The position numbers were made by a program, and so were the translations under genes. Below, piece by piece: positions 41,591 through 49,256 of a stretch of DNA of 64,000 nucleotides; within the stretch, counting starts at the first letter, position 1, and each line of letters begins with the position of its first letter. Below the pieces are notes generated by a model. It saw only the letters and a program-made list of their open reading frames with translations. It was not told the DNA's origin and ran no database searches. The DNA lies in assembly GCA_000165345.1 (NCBI GenBank), contig CM000429.1:448001-512000 (forward strand), given 5' to 3'.

Positions 41591-43660
41591 TTATTTTAAT
41601 TTTAGTTTATCCCCATCGTCGAGCATTTCCACAAAATTTGCGGTTTCAATGAAAGGCCTTTTTGTAATCCCTACGTTGGTTACAGAACATCCATGAGCGA
41701 ATGTGTGGCTTGTCTCGAACTCTATCTTTGATGGATTCGTAATATCGCTAATTGTCAATATCAAGTTGTATCGACTAATATTTAGTCTAACTTGCAATAC
41801 CATATTAGTTTTAAGAATTATTTGGTCTTTTTTCCCATTTTCATAGTTTATTCTAGATCTTAGATTATACACGTCATTAGTCTGAAAAGCACTACCAAAA
41901 CATCTTTCCATAAAATCATAGTAAAAAATTTTTGGTACTTGTGATGTATTTTTCGCTTCAGATGACCCCCTACAGCATACTCCTATCCTTATTCTACCCA
42001 TGTATGTCTTGCATACCTGCACCTGCCAAATCATGTCTGATACAAGTCTGTAATCGCCAATCGTCCATGCCCACTTGTATTTACCCGATACTGATGTCCT
42101 TCTTGCGAGTGAGATAGGATAAAGACCTAAATGTGTATTTGTTGTAAACTCGTTATTTTCCTTCCAAGGCACCAAACGCCCACTACCCTCATTTCCCAAC
42201 AACTTATTAAGTGCTGCGTCTAATAATAGTGAATCTAGCTCTTTTGTTCGGATTTTAAGCAAATCATGAGGTGCCATTTGTTCAAATCTAATGTTTTTTA
42301 AAAATTCTAGAGAGTTTTTTCTTTTATTTGAAAGTAAGCCCATGCTGCTTTCTCTCTGGACTAAGTATAACTTTAATGCCAAGAATATATCAATCTCTCC
42401 CATAATGATCCTTTCACTCTTCAACACTTTCAACAATACGTCAGGGCCAAGTGCTAAATGAGGTCCTTTAAAAAGAGCTTGTGCGCAATCTGCTAACAGA
42501 TAAACTGTTAGCTCTATCAATCCCTCCATTTCCAATGATTCTGCAACTGAAGACATCTGAACGATTATATCAATATTCAATGGAGAATTTAACATTTGAA
42601 ACAATTCTTCCTCTAGCAATTGCACTTTAAACCTTCTTGCTTCATGTAATACTGTTAGAATTAAATATGGATTTGCTCCTCGCAAAGAAGTAGTATGGCC
42701 ATAAATAAATAATAATAACATTCTGACTGCTTCAGGGTAAATCGCCTTTATTTTATATTCCGGTCTAAGTAAGCTGGCCTTAATTTTATCTAATTTATTC
42801 TGCAAATTTTGATCATCGTAATTTAAATTAAATTGCTCATTAATTTCCTGTCTGGATTCCATTATTTGATTAATCTCATCGCGCATTATCGGCGATGCCA
42901 AACTTAATAAATTACTATGCACTGGTATTCTTAAAGAGGATACTGGTGGCAATATTCTCGAATCCAATTCATCTAAAGATACTAATTTTGACCCGTTATT
43001 AATAAATTCATTTTGAGCCCTCTTAACTAAATCTCTAGTATTTAAACTCGGTAGTGAAATTAAATTATCATTACCTTTATTTTTCGATTTCGTGTACTCA
43101 CTGTCTACAAGCGAAGACGAAAATTGAATAGCCTTTATTTTTTTAATTTCCTCCATCTTCTTCATGTTCTTTTCAAATAACTCGGTTGCCTTATCATTAG
43201 GTATAAGTACAATATCAAGATCGCAAGTAGGCTCCTGAAGATAAATGTCTTTCGCCGGAATCCTTCCAATAGGGTCAATAGCTAAAGATTTGATCTGTAC
43301 TGAATCATCACTGTCATTCATATTCTTTTCTCCAACTGTATTATATAGTCTATTCAAAATAACCTCTTTTTCAATTGAAATAAGTTTTGGAATGATACTT
43401 TCAAGAGTTACATAATCTAAATCATCCACTTCTCTAACTAAAATACTTCCCTTATTATCGAAATATCCTTCATTAATCCATTTTATCATTGTGGAAGCCG
43501 AAAATGGTCCAATTAATTGATCTTTATCATCACGGAAATAATAACCCGATTCATTGGCCAGTTTCTTTGTCCTACCCCCATCCTTTCTCTCTAACCTTTT
43601 CTGAGAAGGTTTCATATTTGAGTTCTCCACTCTTTTAAATCCCTCAAGTTTGCCAACCAT
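41591..43660 (-). CDS. GYF-domain plus BTB/POZ-BACK protein with a conserved C-terminal domain (paralog A of a tandem pair)
   Basis: About 689 aa from the first ATG (43660; the track start at 43666 is a TTG). GYF signature YYFRDDKDQLIGPFSASTMIKWINEGYFDNKGSILV. BTB core ..LRIPVHSNLLSLASPIMRDE...PEAVRMLLLFIYGHTTSL..ANPYLILTVLHEARRFKVQLLEEEL. C-terminal block WAWTIGDYRLVSDMIW..GRIRIGVCC..KIFYYDF is shared with paralog B. Confidence 0.6.
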   Translation of the reverse strand: MVGKLEGFKRVENSNMKPSQKRLERKDGGRTKKLANESGYYFRDDKDQLIGPFSASTMIKWINEGYFDNKGSILVREVDDLDYVTLESIIPKLISIEKEVILNRLYNTVGEKNMNDSDDSVQIKSLAIDPIGRIPAKDIYLQEPTCDLDIVLIPNDKATELFEKNMKKMEEIKKIKAIQFSSSLVDSEYTKSKNKGNDNLISLPSLNTRDLVKRAQNEFINNGSKLVSLDELDSRILPPVSSLRIPVHSNLLSLASPIMRDEINQIMESRQEINEQFNLNYDDQNLQNKLDKIKASLLRPEYKIKAIYPEAVRMLLLFIYGHTTSLRGANPYLILTVLHEARRFKVQLLEEELFQMLNSPLNIDIIVQMSSVAESLEMEGLIELTVYLLADCAQALFKGPHLALGPDVLLKVLKSERIIMGEIDIFLALKLYLVQRESSMGLLSNKRKNSLEFLKNIRFEQMAPHDLLKIRTKELDSLLLDAALNKLLGNEGSGRLVPWKENNEFTTNTHLGLYPISLARRTSVSGKYKWAWTIGDYRLVSDMIWQVQVCKTYMGRIRIGVCCRGSSEAKNTSQVPKIFYYDFMERCFGSAFQTNDVYNLRSRINYENGKKDQIILKTNMVLQVRLNISRYNLILTISDITNPSKIEFETSHTFAHGCSVTNVGITKRPFIETANFVEMLDDGDKLKLK

Positions 43661-43735
43661 TATCAATATTTAAATTTTAACAAACCCTTAATATAAAAAG
43701 ATAACCACACATGCCGCCTATTCTGTTTTGACAAT

Positions 43736-45985
43736 TTATTTAGATCTATTGGTTTTTTGCTGCCTTGTTATAGTTAAAAACGATGGTATACCAAGCGAAT
43801 CTCCTGGATCCAGCATCTCAATAAATATTTTCGTTTCTATATAAGGTTTTTTACTAACTTCAAGTCTTTCCACAAGAAACCCGTGATCATAATAATTTTC
43901 GATGTAAGTTCCGCAATCAATACTTTCGATCCTTAATAAAACGGAATAATCATGAATTGAAACTACTAAATGGTACATTTGACCTTTTTCTATGCGGCTT
44001 TCAAATGCCATAGTTTGTTTATATAAATCTTGAACATTATCTTCACTAGTAGAACTTCGAAGCTTTGTGCCCGGCATCTCATTAATTTTGGAATCTTTAT
44101 TAGTTTTCCATATCGAGTTACCAAACCTGAAGTTGTTAACTTTAATATTCTCTCTTTTAATAACTGATGATCTAATCCTTGAAGTACATTGAAAAATATT
44201 ACTACCCAAAAATGCGGAAACAAACTCTTTTTCCGAAAAATCATAATAAAAAACCTTCGACATTCGAATATTTTGAGTTTCTGTTATCACAGGTTTACCT
44301 GTACAACAAACCCCAAGTCTAAGTTTTCCTCTGAAAGACTTTAATACCTTAAATGCAAATGTCATTTCGCTAATCAATCTCGAGTCTCCTGTCGTCCATG
44401 CCCATCTTGATTGGAATAATCCATTGCTATTTAGATTTAGCTTTCCAGATCTAACCAGCCCCACAGGATACTCACCGTCTCTATAAATTACATTATACTC
44501 TGAATTTGGTAGCCATGGTTTAAGTCTGCCTTCTTCTTCACAATTCGTCAACTTCTTTAATGCTGCATCCAAAATTAAACTATCAAGTTTTTTTACGCGT
44601 ATTGACTTTAATTCTTCTGCTGACATTTGATCATATCTGACAAATTTATATATTGCAATCTCTTTTTTATAATCACTTTGTTCAAAAGATTCTGTCCATA
44701 CTCCGACTTCAATTTCTTTTTGTTGTATAAAATGCTGTGTTGCATAAAACACTTGTATTTCGTCCATCATCACATAGTTATTTTTAATTAATTTTACATA
44801 AGCATCAACACTTAGTGCTAAATATGGTCCTTGAAGTATATAACTTGCACAACTTGCAATCATTGTTATAATTTCATCTACCAATTTTGGGAATTTTAAA
44901 ATTGCTGCTGCCGCTGCGATTTCAATCAAGTCAACAATATCTAGCTTAGTAGAAAATAAATGTATTAATAACTCATCTTCTAGTTTCTTGAACATAAAAC
45001 GCCTAGACTCTTTCCACATAGATACTAACAACAATTTATTCATTGATAGAACTTCGGATGTATGGCCATACATATAACGTATTATTGCTTGAAAGGCAAT
45101 TGGACAGTCAGATTCAATTGTAAGAACTGGATTAATCAAGCTTTGCTCTCTTTCTTCAATTGTGCATTGACCTGCTGCAACCCTTTCTCTAAGTCTGAAA
45201 TGTTCTTCGAATAGTGTTTTCATACTATTTTTAAGTAAAGGTGACGAGGTTGCCAATACACTGCTATGCACATTAATTTTTAATATGGGTGCAAAAGCAA
45301 ATGAATCATTATTTTTAAATTCTTCATTTCCAAAGAATTGTTCGGCATAATTTTCAAAATATGGAGCTGAAAGGTTATATTTTTCATCTTTAAATTCCAA
45401 TGGATTCCCCATAATTTTTGTATTAATTGCATTGACTTGATCTACGAAAATCGCTGTAATATTTGACCTTGTTGTATGCATTTGCGCTTGAATATCCGTA
45501 GCTTTTAATGATGGTTTAACTATTAATATTAAATCCTTATGTTGGTCATCATTCTCCTCTAATAATTTAATTTGGTCATCAATTAACGTTATTTCTTTAA
45601 CTTCAATAGGCTCCGCTTGTTTTTTTTTAATACTTGATGTTTTATTTGGGCATATTTTCCTTGAAAAGTTCATTTCAGCCTCATTTAGTAGTTCTGGAAG
45701 TATTTGTTCAAGGGAAACTCTTTCTGCAGGGCTACTTGTCAAATTTCGAAACAATAGGTCACCTTTACCATCAAAAAATCCATTCCTAATCCAAGTCAAT
45801 ATTTCGTTCGAACCAAATGGGCCTTGTTCGACACCCATTTCATCAACAAAACAATATTGACTGTTATTAGCTATATGCCCTATTTCCTTTTTATTTCTGC
45901 TTTTATTAAATAATGTCATTAAGAAGTCTTCATAAAAGGGTTTAATGAGATTTAATATTTCATGCAAATATTCGTGCATGCGCAT
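43736..45985 (-). CDS. GYF-domain plus BTB/POZ-BACK protein with a conserved C-terminal domain (paralog B of a tandem pair)
   Basis: 749 aa. GYF: QYCFVDEMGVEQGPFGSNEILTWIRNGFFDGKGDLLF. BTB: LKINVHSSVLATSSPLLKNS...PIAFQAIIRYMYGHTSEV..MNKLLLVSMWKESRRFMFKKLEDEL. C-terminus: WAWTTGDSRLISEMTF..GKLRLGVCC..KVFYYDF. Colinear with paralog A at roughly 30-35% identity by eye. Confidence 0.6.
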   Translation of the reverse strand: MRMHEYLHEILNLIKPFYEDFLMTLFNKSRNKKEIGHIANNSQYCFVDEMGVEQGPFGSNEILTWIRNGFFDGKGDLLFRNLTSSPAERVSLEQILPELLNEAEMNFSRKICPNKTSSIKKKQAEPIEVKEITLIDDQIKLLEENDDQHKDLILIVKPSLKATDIQAQMHTTRSNITAIFVDQVNAINTKIMGNPLEFKDEKYNLSAPYFENYAEQFFGNEEFKNNDSFAFAPILKINVHSSVLATSSPLLKNSMKTLFEEHFRLRERVAAGQCTIEEREQSLINPVLTIESDCPIAFQAIIRYMYGHTSEVLSMNKLLLVSMWKESRRFMFKKLEDELLIHLFSTKLDIVDLIEIAAAAAILKFPKLVDEIITMIASCASYILQGPYLALSVDAYVKLIKNNYVMMDEIQVFYATQHFIQQKEIEVGVWTESFEQSDYKKEIAIYKFVRYDQMSAEELKSIRVKKLDSLILDAALKKLTNCEEEGRLKPWLPNSEYNVIYRDGEYPVGLVRSGKLNLNSNGLFQSRWAWTTGDSRLISEMTFAFKVLKSFRGKLRLGVCCTGKPVITETQNIRMSKVFYYDFSEKEFVSAFLGSNIFQCTSRIRSSVIKRENIKVNNFRFGNSIWKTNKDSKINEMPGTKLRSSTSEDNVQDLYKQTMAFESRIEKGQMYHLVVSIHDYSVLLRIESIDCGTYIENYYDHGFLVERLEVSKKPYIETKIFIEMLDPGDSLGIPSFLTITRQQKTNRSK

Positions 45986-46064
45986 GCCAATATATTAAGA
46001 TAATCATGAGGAAAAAAAAAACAAAAAGTAAATAAAGGATCAGATTTAATAAATAATATTTATA

Positions 46065-47222
46065 TCACTCAAACCTTTTCTTTTTTCTAGAATCAGTATG
46101 ATTTGACCTTTCCTCTTTTTTGCATAGTCTGCAAGTGCATGTAAAATGATAATTCTGGATAAGGCTTGTTCGTTCAGCCAATGGAAGAGTGTTATCAACA
46201 TATGAAATAGTTAGTTCCTCCCCCTTCATAATATCTCTATTTGTTGTAACATATATTGTGCTGTCATCTATAGTATATACATGGCAATTCGGGTCACAAC
46301 TATGGTTGAAACATGATTGTATTACGCATATACACGCACCTTTAATAATTCCAATTGTAGGTTCATTATCAGATATGTTTCTATTATCTAACTTACCTGA
46401 AAGATGAAGACCCCAAATATTTAATCCTTGTGAATTAAGGGTTAATTGACCAACTATTTGTTCAATTGTCTCCCTACTAAGTAGTGAATCAATGATAAAA
46501 CTATCAGAGAAAGAATCATTTATTTGATCGGAAAGTACGCTATGAATGCAATTTATAAGAGAATTGAAGTTAATTTCAGGGAACAATGCTGTAGTTGGGG
46601 CTACAAAGTTTTCCATTGATTTAGTTCCTAATTTATATGCATGATACAAATTTTCGTCTTTCATACCCAGTTCTTGCCAATAAAAATAAATATCTGCAGC
46701 CATTTGGGCAATGCAACGGGATACTGCTTCAGCTGTTATTGGAATATCCCCTAATTTATCTACGGATCTTTGGTAATTTCTTAAATTCAAAATACCCTTT
46801 GTACCATTGATATAATAGCCCCATCCACTCCTTAATGAAGAGGAATTTGGATCATAATCTTCAAAGTTAACTCCTGATATTTTTTTAAAACAAGATCTAC
46901 TGCAGATCTTTTTTTCTAATCCGAGCGTACTTAACGATAAAAAACCACTATTTTCAGGGTAATTAATCTTTAGGCAATTTTCGCAAAAAATCAGATTTTC
47001 TAGTTTAGCAAATGAAGTTTTAATTGGCCATGAAATGTAGGGTACTTCTTGGAAAAAATTTGTACCATCTGGAATCTCCTTGCTAGAGTGAATATGTTTT
47101 CCTTTATTTTCTGAATAGAAAATATCAAAATAATTCTCATTCCCTGTCAAGGAATTTATTTCATCCAATAAAATGTGGTAATTATTTTCGATTTCGCACT
47201 TTCCCTCAATACAGCTATCCAT
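46065..47222 (-). CDS. SET-domain lysine methyltransferase with an N-terminal MYND-like zinc finger (SMYD/SET5-like)
   Basis: 385 aa. C-terminal NHSCDPNCHVYTIDDSTIYVTTNRDIMKGEELTISY plus post-SET Cys cluster FTCTCRLCKKEE. N-terminal Cys-rich CENCLKINYPENSG...CSRSCFKK. Confidence 0.65.
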   Translation of the reverse strand: MDSCIEGKCEIENNYHILLDEINSLTGNENYFDIFYSENKGKHIHSSKEIPDGTNFFQEVPYISWPIKTSFAKLENLIFCENCLKINYPENSGFLSLSTLGLEKKICSRSCFKKISGVNFEDYDPNSSSLRSGWGYYINGTKGILNLRNYQRSVDKLGDIPITAEAVSRCIAQMAADIYFYWQELGMKDENLYHAYKLGTKSMENFVAPTTALFPEINFNSLINCIHSVLSDQINDSFSDSFIIDSLLSRETIEQIVGQLTLNSQGLNIWGLHLSGKLDNRNISDNEPTIGIIKGACICVIQSCFNHSCDPNCHVYTIDDSTIYVTTNRDIMKGEELTISYVDNTLPLAERTSLIQNYHFTCTCRLCKKEERSNHTDSRKKKRFE

Positions 47223-47336
47223 TATACTGAAATATAATTTTGATATAATGGACTAGTTATCAATTTTTTTTAGGATGTTACTGTTGACGAATAATTGGCG
47301 GTTTCTACAAATATTAAAAATACAATCACAGAAATA

Positions 47337-49118
47337 ATGAGTTTACAGAATTTTCCAATAATCCCCATCATTTTGCCTAAGATTGATGCTATATATAAGT
47401 TTAATAAAGTCTCTCCCTTTAATAAAAAACAGTTCAATGCCAGCCATTACAATAAACCATTTGAAAATGAGAGCAATAATAAAGGCATAATTAACAAACT
47501 AATCTATATAGAGAAACAACTTCCATATATTTTATTGGCCAGCTGCAAAGCTTCAGCCATACCTGTCAAAGACTTTAAGGAATCAATTGAGCGTTTTTTA
47601 ACGATTTCAAAAGATAGTGTTCAGTACTACCCAGTTATCAACGAAACAGATGATTATGTAAGGGTTAATATCAAACTTCAAAGCCATAATCTTGCAAAAA
47701 AAATCGGTCATTTCTTAGATATCATTAATCAAAGCTATTCTAATCTTCAGAGTTCAACGATTATTAACAATTGGGAGATTTATGATGGCAATAATGGGAA
47801 AAAAATTACTATTGAAATAAACTCCTTAGACAATAGAGGAACAATTTATATTCAAATTCCTGCAGATAAAAGCTCGCCTGCAAATTTAGAATATGTTAAA
47901 TCAAAAAATTCCTTATCCAAGAATGATTTGGAAGCTATCCACTTCCTTATGAAACCTGTAATCGGCAATGGTCATTTAGAAGAAACAAATTTAGAAAAGA
48001 ATTTATTAAATAAACGTTTATTTTTGGATAAAATCAAATCATTTGGTAATAAACAGACAGAAAAAGAAATAATCGATAACTTAGACCGATTATTTGACAG
48101 TTTCAGCAAGGACCTTTTTACCGATACTTTAATTGATTTAAATACTGTTTTGAGTTCTGCGGAAAATAAAGCAAAAAAATTTGATCAACATTCTAGGGAA
48201 TCAGATTTTTTAAATACAGATAGCAGCTCAAATATTTATCACGATGATAGTGTCATACCTTTATTGGAAAATTTGGGTGTGCAAGTGTTTTTAAATCGAG
48301 ATAATTGCGATTCACATAGAAATTTATGGGACTCTTTGGGAGGATATCAAGATGTTAAACGCCAAATCGAGGAACACATACTATTAAGTTTCAAATATCC
48401 AGATGTTCTTGATAAGATTGTTAATGGAACAAGGGCGCAAAGTAATTCAAACAACAGGCCTAAATTAATCTTATTTGAAGGTCCGCCAGGAACTGGTAAG
48501 ACAACTTCTGCTAAAATAATTGGTAATTCAATTCAAGTGCCTCTAATATATGTTTCGCTCGAAAATATTGTCTCAAAATGGTATGGGGAAAGTGAAACCA
48601 AGCTAGCTCAGATCTTCGATATTGCAAAAAAATTTAATGAAGGGTGTATAATATTTATTGATGAAATTGACACTTTGGCATCTTCAAGAGATAAAACGTT
48701 TAGTATGCATGAAGGTTCAAAAAAAATACTCTCTGTGTTATTGAGAAAGTTGGATGGTTTTGATACATTAAATTCAAAGACTCTCTTGATTTGCGCAACA
48801 AATCGTAGAAGAGATATTGATGAAGCGTTTCTAAATAGAGTTGATACAACTGTACTATTTAATCTACCGAATGAAAATGAAAGGGAACTGATTTTCAAAC
48901 AGTATGCAAAACATTTAACATTTGAAGAACGAATGGTGCTTGCGAAAATGTCAAAAAAGTTATCTGGAAGGTCAATTCGTCACGTTTGCCTAGAAGCAGA
49001 AAGGGAGTGGGCTTCCATGATTTTGAAAAAGAAAGAAAAAGGCGAATACCAACGGGATGAAATTGAGCTACCTACAATTGAGATCTATAAAGAAGCATTA
49101 AAAAAAAGGGTTAGCTAG
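47337..49118 (+). CDS. AAA+ ATPase (single C-terminal AAA domain, unique N-terminal region)
   Basis: About 593 aa from the first ATG (the track start at 47295 is a TTG). Walker A LFEGPPGTGKTTSAKIIG, Walker B CIIFIDEIDTLASSR, and a second region of homology ..LLICATNRRRDIDEAFLNRVD... Confidence 0.7.
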   Translation: MSLQNFPIIPIILPKIDAIYKFNKVSPFNKKQFNASHYNKPFENESNNKGIINKLIYIEKQLPYILLASCKASAIPVKDFKESIERFLTISKDSVQYYPVINETDDYVRVNIKLQSHNLAKKIGHFLDIINQSYSNLQSSTIINNWEIYDGNNGKKITIEINSLDNRGTIYIQIPADKSSPANLEYVKSKNSLSKNDLEAIHFLMKPVIGNGHLEETNLEKNLLNKRLFLDKIKSFGNKQTEKEIIDNLDRLFDSFSKDLFTDTLIDLNTVLSSAENKAKKFDQHSRESDFLNTDSSSNIYHDDSVIPLLENLGVQVFLNRDNCDSHRNLWDSLGGYQDVKRQIEEHILLSFKYPDVLDKIVNGTRAQSNSNNRPKLILFEGPPGTGKTTSAKIIGNSIQVPLIYVSLENIVSKWYGESETKLAQIFDIAKKFNEGCIIFIDEIDTLASSRDKTFSMHEGSKKILSVLLRKLDGFDTLNSKTLLICATNRRRDIDEAFLNRVDTTVLFNLPNENERELIFKQYAKHLTFEERMVLAKMSKKLSGRSIRHVCLEAEREWASMILKKKEKGEYQRDEIELPTIEIYKEALKKRVS

Positions 49119-49256
49119 GCTTTTCATATTTTGCAACCAAAATTAGTTTATATATTTCACTTATCTCGACCATCTTTTTGTTTTTTCCCTCTTTGCGCCA
49201 AAGTTATGTAAATAGGAAAATTATTATTTTAATAATTAATATGAAATTTAACTCCT

